The notes below the pieces were generated by a model. The model saw only the letters and a list, made by a program, of their open reading frames with translations, was not told where the DNA came from and made no database searches. A stretch of 64,000 nucleotides of DNA from Clostridium sp. CAG:567 (GTDB taxonomy: Bacteria; Bacillota; Clostridia; TANB77; CAG-508): positions 28,692 through 92,691 of the forward strand of contig FR902170.1 in assembly GCA_000437855.1 (NCBI GenBank), in the 5' to 3' direction. Both the position numbers and the translations under genes were made by a program. Below, piece by piece: positions 35,090 to 46,209 of this stretch. How positions within the stretch are numbered: the stretch's first letter is position 1; each line of letters starts with the position of its first letter.

Positions 35090-37444
35090 TTATTTAATTT
35101 CAACTACAGTTACTCCCATTTCACCCTCACCAAATGTACCTATACGAAAACTCTTTACATGAGGATTTTTTTTCAAAAATGAATGAATGCCTTCGCGAAG
35201 CTTACCAGTGCCTTTTCCGTGAACAATTCTAACAGGTGAAATGTTTGCAGATGCACAATTGTCTAAATATTTATCAATAACATAAATTGCTTCATCAACA
35301 TTTTGACCAATAACATTTATTTCAGGAGAAACAGTTTTGGCTTTTGATTCTTTATTTGTAGTAACTTTTCCAGATTCTTTAACTTTAACACTATTAGTTA
35401 AACTCTTTCTTAAATCTGAAAGTTTAATATTCATTTTCATGTTGCCAACTTGAACTTGGACCTCATTGGATTTATTAATTTTATTACCAACAATATATCC
35501 ATTTGAACCAAGAGAAGCAATGTAAACATTTAAGCCATCTTTTACATCTGACTCAGCTAATGCTTCAAAACTATTATTTGGCTCAGTATAATGAATAGAA
35601 TTTATAGCTTTTAATTTATCATTTAGTTTATTTCTTAAATTATTTGCCTGTTTTATATCAGAAGAACTATTAAGCTCATGTATAATTTCTGTAGCTTCTT
35701 CTTTAGCGGAAAGCAAAATATCACGTGCTTCTAATTTAGCATCTTCAAGCAATTGTGCTCTTTTTTCTAAAACATCATCTTGTTTTTGTTCTAAACTTTT
35801 TCTTAAAAGCTCAACTTGTCTTAAATTTTTTTCAGTTTCTTCTTTTTGTTTTTCAATTTCTAACTTATTATCATAAATACTTTTTAATAACTCCTCAATT
35901 GGTATTTTATCATCTTTTAAATGACTATTTGCTACATTTAGTATTTGTTCATTTAAACCAAGTCTTTTACTAATAGCAAAAGCATTGCTTTTTCCAGGAA
36001 TACCAACTAATAGCTTATATGTTGGTTTTAGATTTTCTATATCAAATTCAAAACTTGCATTTTCAAATCCATCTGTTATTAATGCATATTCTTTTAATTC
36101 TTGGTAGTGTGTAGTGCAACAAACTATGCTTCCAATATCTTTTAAATAACTTAAAATACTAATTGCAAGTGCAGCACCTTCTAAAGGGTCTGTGCCAGAA
36201 CCCAGTTCATCTAATAAAACCAAACTATTATTATCAGTTATATTAGTAATTTCAACAATATTTTTTATATGTGCAGAAAATGTACTAAGAGATTCTTGTA
36301 TACTCTGCTCATCACCAATATCAGCAAATATATGCGAAAAAACACTTATGCTACTACTTTCACTACAAGGAATAGGAATACCGGAATAAGCCATTAAAAG
36401 TAGTAATCCAACAGTTTTTAAGGCAACAGTTTTTCCACCTGTATTTGGACCAGTAATTAAAAGCGAAACATAGCTTTTACCTAAAGAAATATCTATAGGA
36501 ACAACCTTATCCTTGTCAATTAAAGGATGTTTTGCTTTATATAAATCAATGTATTTGTTATTATTTAAAACAGGAATAATTCCAAAACTGTCAATTCCAA
36601 AATTAGCTTTTGCAAAAATCAAATCAATACTAGCAATAAGAGCTAAATTGTTTTTTAATTGATCAACATATTCATATAATGAAGAAGAAAGTATTTGCAA
36701 AATTCTTTCAATCTCAATATCTTCTTCAATTTTTATATGATTAATTTTATTATTTAGTTCAAATATACTTGTTGGCTCAATATATAAAGTAGAACCACTA
36801 CTAGAAGTATCATGAATAAATCCTTTTATATAACTTCTATATTCTTCTTTAACAGGTATAACATATCTATTATTACGAATTGTAACAATTGGTTCCATTA
36901 TATATTTAGCATAAGTACTAGAATGAATAAATCCATTTAACTTATCTTTAACTTCTTGCTCAAAGTTTTTTCTGTTTCTTCGTAAGCTAGCAAGCTTACT
37001 AGATGCATTATCAGCAACAGTGTTTTCATCAATTATTTTATCAAAAATATTTTTTTCAATAGAAGGGTTTGAATAAAGAAAGCTAAAATATTTTTCTAGA
37101 TATTCAAAAGTAACAGAAGAATCATCATAAAAATATTCTTTTAATTCTCTGCACATTTTTAAAAGCACAGCAAAATTAAGTAATCCTTTTATAGATAAAG
37201 TTTGATTACTTTCTAAAACTTTAATATATTTTTCTAATTCTTCAGTTTCGTAAAATGGTGGAATACCTTTTTGATGTAAAAGGGTATCAGCTTGTTTTGT
37301 TTCGTTAAGCAAAACATCAACTTGTTCATAAGAAAAATTAGGGACTAATTGCTCACACAAATTTTTCCCTAAATAAGTTTTACAATATCCACCTAAATTT
37401 TTTATTATTTCATTATATTCTAATTTATTTAAAATAGCGTCCAT
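35090..37444 (-). CDS. mutS2: Endonuclease MutS2 (MutS-family ATPase with C-terminal Smr domain)
   Basis: Walker A ITGPNTGGKTV, DELGSGTDP, long coiled coil, C-terminal Smr (E.NVIGQNVDEA....DKYLD.........RIVHGKGTG.LR..I..FLK..P.V). Confidence 0.9.
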   Translation of the reverse strand: MDAILNKLEYNEIIKNLGGYCKTYLGKNLCEQLVPNFSYEQVDVLLNETKQADTLLHQKGIPPFYETEELEKYIKVLESNQTLSIKGLLNFAVLLKMCRELKEYFYDDSSVTFEYLEKYFSFLYSNPSIEKNIFDKIIDENTVADNASSKLASLRRNRKNFEQEVKDKLNGFIHSSTYAKYIMEPIVTIRNNRYVIPVKEEYRSYIKGFIHDTSSSGSTLYIEPTSIFELNNKINHIKIEEDIEIERILQILSSSLYEYVDQLKNNLALIASIDLIFAKANFGIDSFGIIPVLNNNKYIDLYKAKHPLIDKDKVVPIDISLGKSYVSLLITGPNTGGKTVALKTVGLLLLMAYSGIPIPCSESSSISVFSHIFADIGDEQSIQESLSTFSAHIKNIVEITNITDNNSLVLLDELGSGTDPLEGAALAISILSYLKDIGSIVCCTTHYQELKEYALITDGFENASFEFDIENLKPTYKLLVGIPGKSNAFAISKRLGLNEQILNVANSHLKDDKIPIEELLKSIYDNKLEIEKQKEETEKNLRQVELLRKSLEQKQDDVLEKRAQLLEDAKLEARDILLSAKEEATEIIHELNSSSDIKQANNLRNKLNDKLKAINSIHYTEPNNSFEALAESDVKDGLNVYIASLGSNGYIVGNKINKSNEVQVQVGNMKMNIKLSDLRKSLTNSVKVKESGKVTTNKESKAKTVSPEINVIGQNVDEAIYVIDKYLDNCASANISPVRIVHGKGTGKLREGIHSFLKKNPHVKSFRIGTFGEGEMGVTVVEIK

Positions 37445-37542
37445 AATTATAACCTCACGTACATATTATGCCATAAAATACGTGAAAAAACAAGAAAAAC
37501 AACATACTCAGGACAAAAAAAGAATAAAATGCTTAAAAATAC

Positions 37543-37571
37543 TTGCAATTGCTATAAAAGTAGGGTATAAT
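37543..37571 (+). promoter_or_regulatory. Sigma-A promoter of the rimP-nusA-infB operon
   Basis: TTGCAA (37543-37548), 17 nt spacer, TATAAT (37566-37571). Confidence 0.6.
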
Positions 37572-37592
37572 AATAATGCATATTGAATTACA

Positions 37593-37621
37593 AGAAGAGT
37601 GGGAACAAATCCCACTCTTCT
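37593..37621 (+). promoter_or_regulatory. 12-bp leader hairpin in the rimP-nusA 5' UTR
   Basis: AGAAGAGTGGGA / TCCCACTCTTCT with ACAAA loop. A second structure follows: AGACGTT...AACGTCT (about 37633-37700) enclosing AACTGA/TCAGTT. Confidence 0.45.
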
Positions 37622-37711
37622 ATCATGAAGAGAGGAGAAAAGACGTTAATTGGTAGCAAAATGAGTTAAAAACTGACAAGATATCAGTTAAAGAAACGTC
37701 TAAAAACTAAC

Positions 37712-38203
37712 ATGGAAGAAAAAATTGAAACTTTAATTAGTGAAACAATAGAAAAGCTTGGATATGAGCTTTATGATGTTATTTACGAAAAAGAGGCAAA
37801 AGACTTTTACTTACGAATTTTTATAGACACACCAAATGGTATTAGTTTAGATGATTGCGAAAAAGTAAATGATGCGATAAACCCTATATTAGATGAAGCA
37901 AATTATATAAAAGATCAATATTTTTTAGAAGTTTCTTCACCAGGTGTGGAAAGAAGGCTTAGAAAAAATAAGCATTTTGAAGCAAGTATTGGTAAAGAAG
38001 TTGATATCAATTTATATAGTCCTATAACCTTGAAACAAGATGAAATAAATGAAAAAAAGAAAAAAAATAATACAACTAAAAATATATCAGGAATTTTAAA
38101 AAGTTTTGATGAAAATAATATAACATTAGAAATAGAATCAAATGAAGAAATAAAAATAGAAAGAAAAAATATTTCAAATATAAAAATTAAATTTAATTGG
38201 TAA
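37712..38203 (+). CDS. rimP: Ribosome maturation factor RimP
   Basis: ...GYELYDV.Y.KE....LRIFID...GI.LDDCEKV......LD.......Y.LEVSSPG.ER.L. Position upstream of nusA. Confidence 0.9.
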   Translation: MEEKIETLISETIEKLGYELYDVIYEKEAKDFYLRIFIDTPNGISLDDCEKVNDAINPILDEANYIKDQYFLEVSSPGVERRLRKNKHFEASIGKEVDINLYSPITLKQDEINEKKKKNNTTKNISGILKSFDENNITLEIESNEEIKIERKNISNIKIKFNW

Positions 38204-38222
38204 TAAGGGAGGAATTTGAAAA

Positions 38223-39344
38223 ATGAAAAAGAAGGCAAATATACTTGCAATTGATAATACTGAATTAATGATGGCTTTAGACGAACTTGAAAAAGAAAAA
38301 GGAATAAAAAAAGAAGCAATATTAGAATCTATAGAAACTGCTTTAGTAACAGCATATAAAAGAAACTTTGATTCAGAAGAAAATGTTAAAGTTACTATGG
38401 ATGGACAAACAGGAGAAATCCATATATATGCTGTAAAAGATGTTGTAGAAGAAGTAGAAAATCCTAATACACAAATTTTATTATCAGATGCAAAAAATAT
38501 AGACAGCAAATTATTAGTTGGAGATAAAGCTGAAATTGAATTAATGCCTAAAAACTTTGGAAGAATAGCAGCTCAAACAGCAAAACAAATTATAGTTCAA
38601 AAAATTAGAGAAGAATCTAGAAATTTAGTATTTGATGAATTTAATGAAAGAAAAGGCGAAATAGTTTCTGGTATAGTTCAAAAAGCAGATGGTAACATAG
38701 TAGTATTAGATTTAGGAAAATTAGAAGCTGTTATGCCAGCTAAAGAACAAGTTCCAACAGAACATTACCATGTAAATGACAAAATTAGAGCATATATTAT
38801 GAATGTAGAAAAAGGATTAAAAGGTGCTCCACAAGTTACTGTTTCAAGAGCTTGTAGCGATTTTGTAAGAAAATTATTTGAACTTGAAATTCCTGAAATT
38901 TATGAGGGAGTTATTGAAATAAAAAGTGTATCAAGAGATGCTGGAAACAGAAGCAAAGTTGCAGTATATTCACCTAATGAAAATATTGATCCAGTTGGTT
39001 CTTGTGTTGGACAAAAGGGAATTCGTATTCAAAACATTATAAATGAACTTCATGGAGAAAAAATTGATGTTATTGAATGGAATCAAGATCCAGCAATATA
39101 TATTTCTGCAGCACTACTACCTGCGCAGGTTATGGCAGTTGATGCTCATGAAGATGAAAAATTTGCACAAGTAATTGTACCAGATGATCAATTATCATTA
39201 GCAATTGGCAAAGCTGGTCAAAATGCAAGACTTGCAGCTAGACTAACAGGATGGAAAATAGACATAAAGAGTGAAACTCAATTTAGAGAAATGTTATCAA
39301 AACAACAAGAAGAGTCAGATGAAGAAACAAAAACAGAGGAATAA
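38223..39344 (+). CDS. nusA: Transcription termination/antitermination factor NusA
   Basis: L..L..EKGI.KE....IE.AL..AYK, S1 domain (GEIVSG.V), KH domains (DPVG.CVG.KG.RIQ.I..EL.GEKID.I.W..D). Confidence 0.95.
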   Translation: MKKKANILAIDNTELMMALDELEKEKGIKKEAILESIETALVTAYKRNFDSEENVKVTMDGQTGEIHIYAVKDVVEEVENPNTQILLSDAKNIDSKLLVGDKAEIELMPKNFGRIAAQTAKQIIVQKIREESRNLVFDEFNERKGEIVSGIVQKADGNIVVLDLGKLEAVMPAKEQVPTEHYHVNDKIRAYIMNVEKGLKGAPQVTVSRACSDFVRKLFELEIPEIYEGVIEIKSVSRDAGNRSKVAVYSPNENIDPVGSCVGQKGIRIQNIINELHGEKIDVIEWNQDPAIYISAALLPAQVMAVDAHEDEKFAQVIVPDDQLSLAIGKAGQNARLAARLTGWKIDIKSETQFREMLSKQQEESDEETKTEE

Positions 39345-39380
39345 TGAATAAAAAGTATAAATACATTAAAAATAAAGGAT

Positions 39381-39653
39381 GTGAACATTTTGAAAAAAAT
39401 ACCTAGTAGAACTTGTATTGGATGTGGAACACAAAAAAGCAAAACAGAACTTATACGTATAGTAAAAACTCAATCAGGTGAAATAAAACTTGATAAAACA
39501 GGTAAATTACCAGGTAGAGGTGCATATATATGTGATAAATCAGAATGTTTGAATTTAGCAATACGTTCTAAAAAATTAGAAAAAACATTTGAAACTAAAA
39601 TAGAAGAGAGTGTTTATGAAAGTCTAAAAAATACTATAAATCAAGGAGTATAA
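39381..39653 (+). CDS. ylxR: YlxR/RnpM (DUF448) RNA-binding protein
   Basis: IPSRTCIGCG..K.K.ELIRIV......I..D..GK.PGRGAYIC. The true start is probably TTG 39390, about 10 nt after AAAGGA, rather than GTG 39381. Confidence 0.8.
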   Translation: MNILKKIPSRTCIGCGTQKSKTELIRIVKTQSGEIKLDKTGKLPGRGAYICDKSECLNLAIRSKKLEKTFETKIEESVYESLKNTINQGV

Positions 39654-39656
39654 AAT

Positions 39657-39980
39657 TTGGTTAATAATCAAAAAATATGTGGTTTAATAGGACTAGCAAC
39701 TAAAGCTGGAAAAATAGTGGCTGGAACAGATGCATGTATACAGGAAATAGAAAAAAGAAATGTTAAATTATTAATATTAGCAGTAGATGCATCTGATAGA
39801 ACTAAAAATACATTTAAAGAAAAATGTAAAGAATTTAATATTAATATATACGAAAAACTTACAATTAATGAAATTAGTAATTCAATTGGAAAATCCAATA
39901 AGGCTGTTTTGGGAATTAAAGATATTGGTTTTGCAAAGGCGATGAACAAAATAATTAATGGGGGTGAAATGATTGGGTAA
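39657..39980 (+). CDS. ylxQ: L7Ae-family RNA-binding protein YlxQ
   Basis: GLA.KAGK.V.G.......I......LLILA.DAS..T......C......I. Position between ylxR and infB. Confidence 0.75.
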   Translation: MVNNQKICGLIGLATKAGKIVAGTDACIQEIEKRNVKLLILAVDASDRTKNTFKEKCKEFNINIYEKLTINEISNSIGKSNKAVLGIKDIGFAKAMNKIINGGEMIG

Positions 39981-42939
39981 ACTTAAAGTACATGAACTTG
40001 CTAAAGAATTAGGTTTAGAAAGTAAAGAACTAATAAAAAAAGCAAAAGAAGTAGGTATTGAGGTAACAAGTCATTTAAGTTCTTTGGAAGAAGAGCAAAT
40101 ACAAAAAATAAAAAATATTTTTGAGAATAAGGGAGTAAAATCACAAAAAAGTATGGAGCAAGAAAAAAATAAAGAAAAGAAAGAAAAAAATACTAAAAAA
40201 GAAGCTACACCAGTTATTATAAGACGTGAAGTTATATTAGCTGATGAGGAAAAACAAGAAAAGAAACAAGAAAAAACAGAAAGAAAAGATGTTGGTTTTG
40301 TTGAAAGAAAAAACAATAAAGATTTTAATATTGTTTATAGAAAACAACCTGTAAAACCAATGACTGTAAGTGAGCTATTTGGATTAAAAACAAATAAAAA
40401 AGAAGAAAAAGCTCCTGAACCAATAAAAGAAGAGAAAAAAGAAGAACCTAAAGTAGAAGAAAAAAAGGTTGAAGAAAAGAAAGAAGAAATTAAACAAGAA
40501 ACAAAACCTGTAGAAGTAAAACCTACAGTTACTTCAAATGCAGAAAATAAAAACAATTACCCTAATCGTGAAAAAACAAATAATCAATACCAAGGAAATC
40601 GTTATGAAAATCGCCAAAATAATAATTCAGGATCAAACAATTACCAAAACCGTTATGATAATAATCGTCCAAATAGATTTGGAAATAATCAAAATAACGG
40701 AAACTATGAAAATCGTCAAAGAGACAATAGGTTTGACAATCGCCAAGGCAATAATAACCGTCAAAATGGAGATAATAAATTTAATAACCAAAATAGAAAC
40801 GGACAAAGACCATTTAATAGAAATAATAATGGAAGACCTTTAGACAATTATGGAATTGACAAAAATATTAAAGATATAATGGCTACTGAAATAGTTGAAA
40901 AGGAAGATAAAAGAGACATAAGTACAAGAGCAATAGATAAAGAAAAAGCAAACCGCTATGAAGATAATAAAGCTAAAAAAGGAGTTAAAGTTAAAAAAGG
41001 TGATCGTTTTAGTGAAGAGTTTAATGAAGGAAAATTAAAAGATTTAAAGCAAGTAGATAAATTATCTCGTATGTTTAATGAACAAGATGGCGGAATGCTT
41101 GATTACTATGACCTTACAACAGCAAGAGGAAAGAAAAATAAACGTAAACCACAAAAAGACGAAGAAAGAACAAAACAAAAAATATTTGAATTAACAGAAA
41201 TTACAATTCCAGAAATGATTACAGTAAAAGATTTAGCTGCAGAAATGAAAAAGACAAGTGGAGAAGTTATAAAAAAATTATTTAACTACGGAATTATGGC
41301 TACAATTAATAACACAGTTGACTTTGATACAGCATTTTTAGTAGCTCAAGAATTTGGAATTACAGCAAATAAAAAAGAAGAAGTAAAAGAAGAAGATATT
41401 TTATTTGATGATACTGAAGACACAGCAGAAGAATTAGAACCAAGACCACCAGTAGTTGTTGTTATGGGGCACGTTGATCATGGTAAAACATCACTTTTGG
41501 ATGCTATTCGTAGTACAAATGTTATTGAAGGTGAAGCAGGAGGAATTACTCAACATATTGGTGCTTATAAAGTAAATATAAGTGGAAGAGAAATAACATT
41601 CTTAGATACGCCTGGTCATGAAGCATTTACAGCAATGCGTGCTAGAGGTGCTCAAATTACAGATATTGCAATTCTTATTGTTGCAGCAGATGATGGTGTT
41701 ATGCCACAAACAGTTGAAGCTATAAACCATGCAAAAGCAGCAGGAATTCCAATTATTGTTGCAATTAATAAAATTGATTTGCCAGGAGCAAATGTTGAAA
41801 AAATAAAACAAGAGTTAATGGAATATGAACTAGTTCCAGAAGAATGGGGTGGAGATACAATTTATGTTCCAATATCTGCTAAGAAGAAAATAAACATTGA
41901 TAATTTATTAGAAATGGTATTATTAGTAGCTGATATGAAAGAATTAAAAGCAAACCCTAATAAACAAGCTAAAGGAACAGTTATTGAAGCAAGACTTGAC
42001 AAATCAAAAGGACCTATTGCATCAATGCTTGTACAAAGAGGAACTTTAGATGAAGGCGACACAATTGTTGTTGGTAAATCTATTGGTAGAATTCGTGTAA
42101 TGAAAAATGACAAAGGTCAAAGAGTTAAAAAGGCAGGACCTTCAACACCTGTTGAAATTATGGGATTAACAGAAGTTCCAGAAGCAGGCGATACTTTCTA
42201 TGAAGTAAAAGACGAAAAAATGGCTAAACACTTAATTGAAAGAAGAAAACGTCAAGAAAGAGAACAAATAATAAATGAAAATAGTAAAGTTACATTAAGT
42301 AACCTATTTGAAAAAATGGAAAGTGAAAACCTAAAACAATTAAACATTATAGTAAAAGCAGATGTACAAGGTACAGCTCAAGCATTAAAACAATCACTTG
42401 AAAAATTATCTAATGACGAAGTAAAAGTTAAGGTAATACATGCTGTAGCAGGAGCTGTAACAGAATCTGATGTTCAACTTGCAAAAGCAGGAAAATGTAT
42501 TATTATTGCATTTAACGTAAGACCAGTTAATACTGCAAAAGACATGGCTGAAAAAGAAGGAGTAGAAATTAAACAATACTCTGTTATATATCAAGCAATT
42601 GAAGATGTTCAAGCAGCTATGAAAGGAATGCTAGATCCAGTATATGAAGAAAAAGTAATAGGTAATGCAGTTGTAAGACAAACATTTAAAGTTTCAGGAG
42701 TTGGAACAATTGCTGGTGTATTTGTACTAGATGGAAAGATTGAAAGAAATGCAGGAGTTAGGGTAATACGTGAAAATGTAGTAATACATGATGGAAAATT
42801 AATATCATTAAAAAGATTCAAAGATGATGCAAAAGAAGTTACAAAAGGCTTTGAATGTGGTCTTCAAATTGAAAATTATAATGATGTTAAAGAAGACGAT
42901 ACATTAGAATTTTATGTAATGGAAGAAGTTAAACGTTAA
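39973..42939 (+). CDS. infB: Translation initiation factor IF-2 (long form with K/E-rich and N/R/Q-rich N-terminal expansion)
   Basis: N-terminal [15 protein letters not shown] domain [30 protein letters not shown]-terminal IF2 domains. TTG start overlapping the ylxQ end. Confidence 0.95.
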   Translation: MGKLKVHELAKELGLESKELIKKAKEVGIEVTSHLSSLEEEQIQKIKNIFENKGVKSQKSMEQEKNKEKKEKNTKKEATPVIIRREVILADEEKQEKKQEKTERKDVGFVERKNNKDFNIVYRKQPVKPMTVSELFGLKTNKKEEKAPEPIKEEKKEEPKVEEKKVEEKKEEIKQETKPVEVKPTVTSNAENKNNYPNREKTNNQYQGNRYENRQNNNSGSNNYQNRYDNNRPNRFGNNQNNGNYENRQRDNRFDNRQGNNNRQNGDNKFNNQNRNGQRPFNRNNNGRPLDNYGIDKNIKDIMATEIVEKEDKRDISTRAIDKEKANRYEDNKAKKGVKVKKGDRFSEEFNEGKLKDLKQVDKLSRMFNEQDGGMLDYYDLTTARGKKNKRKPQKDEERTKQKIFELTEITIPEMITVKDLAAEMKKTSGEVIKKLFNYGIMATINNTVDFDTAFLVAQEFGITANKKEEVKEEDILFDDTEDTAEELEPRPPVVVVMGHVDHGKTSLLDAIRSTNVIEGEAGGITQHIGAYKVNISGREITFLDTPGHEAFTAMRARGAQITDIAILIVAADDGVMPQTVEAINHAKAAGIPIIVAINKIDLPGANVEKIKQELMEYELVPEEWGGDTIYVPISAKKKINIDNLLEMVLLVADMKELKANPNKQAKGTVIEARLDKSKGPIASMLVQRGTLDEGDTIVVGKSIGRIRVMKNDKGQRVKKAGPSTPVEIMGLTEVPEAGDTFYEVKDEKMAKHLIERRKRQEREQIINENSKVTLSNLFEKMESENLKQLNIIVKADVQGTAQALKQSLEKLSNDEVKVKVIHAVAGAVTESDVQLAKAGKCIIIAFNVRPVNTAKDMAEKEGVEIKQYSVIYQAIEDVQAAMKGMLDPVYEEKVIGNAVVRQTFKVSGVGTIAGVFVLDGKIERNAGVRVIRENVVIHDGKLISLKRFKDDAKEVTKGFECGLQIENYNDVKEDDTLEFYVMEEVKR

Positions 42940-42953
42940 AAGGAGAGAAAATA

Positions 42954-43313
42954 ATGCCAAAGAATGAGGCAAGACTTAACAGAGTTAATGAAGAATTAAA
43001 AAAAGAAATTAGCCATGTACTTACTTTTGAGCTTAAAAACTCAAAAGTAACAGGGCTAATTAGTGTAACAAAAGCTAAAATAACACCTGATTTTAAATAT
43101 GCAAAAATCTACGTAAGCATTTTAAACTCTAAAAGCATTGGAAAAACTATGGAAGGATTAAAAGAATCTTCAGGATTTATTCGTAGCCAAGTTGCAAAAA
43201 ATATCAATTTAAGAATTACACCAGAGCTTATATTTGAATTAGATGATTCATTAGAATATGGTGCAAAAATTGATAGTATTTTAAATGAATTGAAAAAAGA
43301 AAAGAATAAATAA
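42954..43313 (+). CDS. rbfA: Ribosome-binding factor A
   Basis: R..RVNEELKKEIS.....E.K........V.V..V..T.D...AK.YVS, ...R..PEL.F..D.S. Confidence 0.9.
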   Translation: MPKNEARLNRVNEELKKEISHVLTFELKNSKVTGLISVTKAKITPDFKYAKIYVSILNSKSIGKTMEGLKESSGFIRSQVAKNINLRITPELIFELDDSLEYGAKIDSILNELKKEKNK

Positions 43314-43328
43314 GAATAGAGGTAAAAA

Positions 43329-44276
43329 ATGACTTTAGATAATATTTTAGAACAAATTAATAAAGCAGAAAAAATAGTAATATTAACACATGAAAATCCA
43401 GATGGAGATGCAATGGGAAGCAGTTTGGCTATGTACCATGCGCTAAAGGCTTATGGAAAAAATCCAGACTTAGTAATTCCAGAACATCCAAAGGTATTTG
43501 ATTGTTTACCAGGAATAAATGAAATAAAAACTGAAACAAATATAGAACACTATGACTTAGCAATTTCACTTGATTGTGCATCAATAAAAATGTTAAATGG
43601 TTTTGCACAATATTTTGAAAATGCAAAAGAAAAGGTGTGTATTGATCATCATGGTACAAATACAATGTTTGGAGACTATAACTATGTTAATCCTGATGCG
43701 CCAGCTTGTGCACAGATTTTATTAGTAATTCTAGAATATTTTGGAATAGAAATTACAAAAGAAATTGGTACATGTATATTAGCAGGAATTATAACAGATA
43801 CAGGTGGATTCAAATATCAAGGGGTTACAGCAGAAACTTTTGAATTTGTAGCATGGCTTTTAAATAAGGGAGTTAATGTATCAAAAGTATATCACCAAGT
43901 ATTACAAACAAAAACAAAAGCTAATTTTGAGTTACATAGAATTGCAAATAATAGAATTGAATTTTTAGCAGATGGGAAAATTGCATATACATATATAACA
44001 GAAGAAGATGAAAAAAATGTACATGCTGAAAGTGGAGACCATGAAGGAATTGTTGAAATAGGAAGAGATGTTGAAGGCGTTGAAGTTTCAATATTTATAC
44101 GTCAAACAGAAAGAGGATGTAAAGTATCACTTCGCTCAAATGATTATGTGAATGTTTCTGATGCATGTGTTGTATTTGGCGGAGGAGGACATCCAAGAGC
44201 AGCAGGGTGCATAATTCAAAGCAATATGGAACAAGTAAAAGATAAAGTAATAAAAGAAGTAATGAGATTATTATAA
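43329..44276 (+). CDS. nrnA: DHH-family phosphoesterase NrnA (oligoribonuclease / pAp phosphatase)
   Basis: H.NPDGDA.GS, DHHGTN and GGGGHPRAAG (DHHA1) motifs. Position between rbfA and truB. Confidence 0.8.
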   Translation: MTLDNILEQINKAEKIVILTHENPDGDAMGSSLAMYHALKAYGKNPDLVIPEHPKVFDCLPGINEIKTETNIEHYDLAISLDCASIKMLNGFAQYFENAKEKVCIDHHGTNTMFGDYNYVNPDAPACAQILLVILEYFGIEITKEIGTCILAGIITDTGGFKYQGVTAETFEFVAWLLNKGVNVSKVYHQVLQTKTKANFELHRIANNRIEFLADGKIAYTYITEEDEKNVHAESGDHEGIVEIGRDVEGVEVSIFIRQTERGCKVSLRSNDYVNVSDACVVFGGGGHPRAAGCIIQSNMEQVKDKVIKEVMRLL

Positions 44277-44277
44277 T

Positions 44278-45150
44278 ATGGATGGAATTTTAATAATTAA
44301 TAAACCAAAGCAATATACATCACATGATGTGGTGGCAAAAGTAAAAAAAATATGTGGTGAAAAAGTGGGACATACAGGAACATTAGATCCGATGGCAACT
44401 GGTGTGTTACCACTTCTTCTTGGTCAAGGAACTAAACTTTCAAAATATTTAATAAATCATGATAAAACATATATAGCTACAATTCAACTTGGAAAGAAAA
44501 CAGATACTTTAGACAGTGAAGGAAGTATACTAGAAGAAAGACTTGTTGATGGAAAACTATTGAATAAAGAAAATGTGCAACGAGTTTTAGAATGTCAAAT
44601 AGGAAAGCAAATACAAACACCACCAATTTATTCTGCAATTAAAGTGAATGGAAAAAAACTATATGAATATGCGAGAAAAGGTGTAGAAGTTGAAATACCA
44701 AAAAGAGAAATAGAAATATATAATATTGAATTATTAGATATAAATGAAAAAGACAAAACAATTGAATTTAGAGTACATTGCTCAAAAGGAACATATATTA
44801 GAACTTTGTGTGAGAATATTGCAGAAAAATTAGGAACAATAGGGTATATGAAAGAATTAAATAGAGTTCAAGTTGGGCAGTTTAATTTAAATCAGGCTAT
44901 TACAGTTGAAGAACTAGAAAAAAATAAGGAAAATGAAAAGTTCTTGAATCAACATTTAATAACAGTGCAAAACTTTTTTGAAAAATATCCAATCGTTGAA
45001 TTAAAAGAGGAAAAATTAAAATTATTTCTAAATGGAGTACAATTAACAAATAATAACGATGATGGCTTATACCAAATAAAGGTTAACAATGTAGTTGTAG
45101 GAATAGGAACAATAAAAAATAAATTATTAAAAAGAGAAATAATATACTAA
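44278..45150 (+). CDS. truB: tRNA pseudouridine-55 synthase TruB
   Basis: GIL.INKP...TSHDVV.KV......KVGHTGTLDP.ATGVLP...G..TK and YSA.KV.GK.LYE.AR.G. Confidence 0.9.
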   Translation: MDGILIINKPKQYTSHDVVAKVKKICGEKVGHTGTLDPMATGVLPLLLGQGTKLSKYLINHDKTYIATIQLGKKTDTLDSEGSILEERLVDGKLLNKENVQRVLECQIGKQIQTPPIYSAIKVNGKKLYEYARKGVEVEIPKREIEIYNIELLDINEKDKTIEFRVHCSKGTYIRTLCENIAEKLGTIGYMKELNRVQVGQFNLNQAITVEELEKNKENEKFLNQHLITVQNFFEKYPIVELKEEKLKLFLNGVQLTNNNDDGLYQIKVNNVVVGIGTIKNKLLKREIIY

Positions 45151-45186
45151 AAGTAGTATCTAGATTATAAAGATACTACTTTTTTA
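45151..45186. terminator. Bidirectional terminator after truB
   Basis: AAGTAGTATCT / AGATACTACTT stem followed by TTTTT. The convergent gene ends at 45187. Confidence 0.75.
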
Positions 45187-46065
45187 TTAATAAAAATAAC
45201 AATCATTTAGATTTATTTCTTCAGAATAACTACCATCATAAATAGTTTTATTTGCATCAGCATTTTGTAAAGGAACTTGTAATACAACCTGATATGAATA
45301 GTCTTCATTTAATTCATTAATGATATGAATTGTAAAAGAAACTTCATTTTTTATAGATGATAAAGGTATAGAAGAACGTTTTAATATTGAACCATCAAAA
45401 GATAGACTATCTTCAATATTATTTATAACATGCCCATTTTTTATATTTTGATTTAAATAACGAAGAGTAATTGGCAAAATAAAGTGATTGTCAATACTAG
45501 GTTCCGAAACAATATCATTTAATAGAGAATCCGTACTATCAACTATATTAAAATTAATTTTACTTTGTTGTTCATTAGAAATTGCAAGTTCATCATCTGA
45601 TATTAAACCGAAATTTAAAATTGGAATATAATTTAAATTTAAGTTACCAGTATTAGTATTTGAAAAATTTATTTTATCAATATAGATTTTAGAAATACTA
45701 TATTTGGCTGAAGTATCGACGACTTGTAGATTTTCCTCTAAATTATTTTCTAAGTTATTTTTTACATTATTTATACCTAAGTATAAAGCAATATCAGTAT
45801 ATTGACTTACATTAACATCCCACATTGCCTTTCCTTCAGAATTATTTATACCAGTTGCACTACTGTAACAGTATATTTTATCTAAATAAAATATAGAAGA
45901 TTTTTTTTCAAAATTAGAAACGCTATTTGAGAAGTTTAGTTTTCTAACCAAATTTGGAATGAAAAAAATAGATATAATAATGATAGTTATAAGACTAAAA
46001 GTAATTAAAACAATTTTGGCCCAATTGCATTTAAGAAATGTTATAAAATTATTTTTATTTTTCAT
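45187..46065 (-). CDS. Hypothetical membrane-anchored extracytoplasmic protein
   Basis: 292 aa. N-terminal TM (IVLITFSLITIIIISIFFI), then an N/S-rich beta-type sequence. No family recognised. Confidence 0.45.
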   Translation of the reverse strand: MKNKNNFITFLKCNWAKIVLITFSLITIIIISIFFIPNLVRKLNFSNSVSNFEKKSSIFYLDKIYCYSSATGINNSEGKAMWDVNVSQYTDIALYLGINNVKNNLENNLEENLQVVDTSAKYSISKIYIDKINFSNTNTGNLNLNYIPILNFGLISDDELAISNEQQSKINFNIVDSTDSLLNDIVSEPSIDNHFILPITLRYLNQNIKNGHVINNIEDSLSFDGSILKRSSIPLSSIKNEVSFTIHIINELNEDYSYQVVLQVPLQNADANKTIYDGSYSEEINLNDCYFY

Positions 46066-46209
46066 ATAAACTCCTAAATTATTTGATAAAATTAAGATAT
46101 CATAAACAAGAAAAAAAGAAAATAGATTTTGATAAAAATAAACTTGAATTATTGAAAAAAAGTAAAAGATATAATATTATAAATATAAATTTATTGAAAG
46201 GGTAATTTT

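Noticed and set aside
40380-40860. Repetitive K/E-rich and N/R/Q-rich segment of infB, and the internal 101-aa ORF 40538-40843
   Set aside because: This is low-complexity expansion of the poorly conserved IF-2 N-terminal region, common in AT-rich genomes. It is in frame with a normal G domain. The internal ORF is an alternative-frame artefact.
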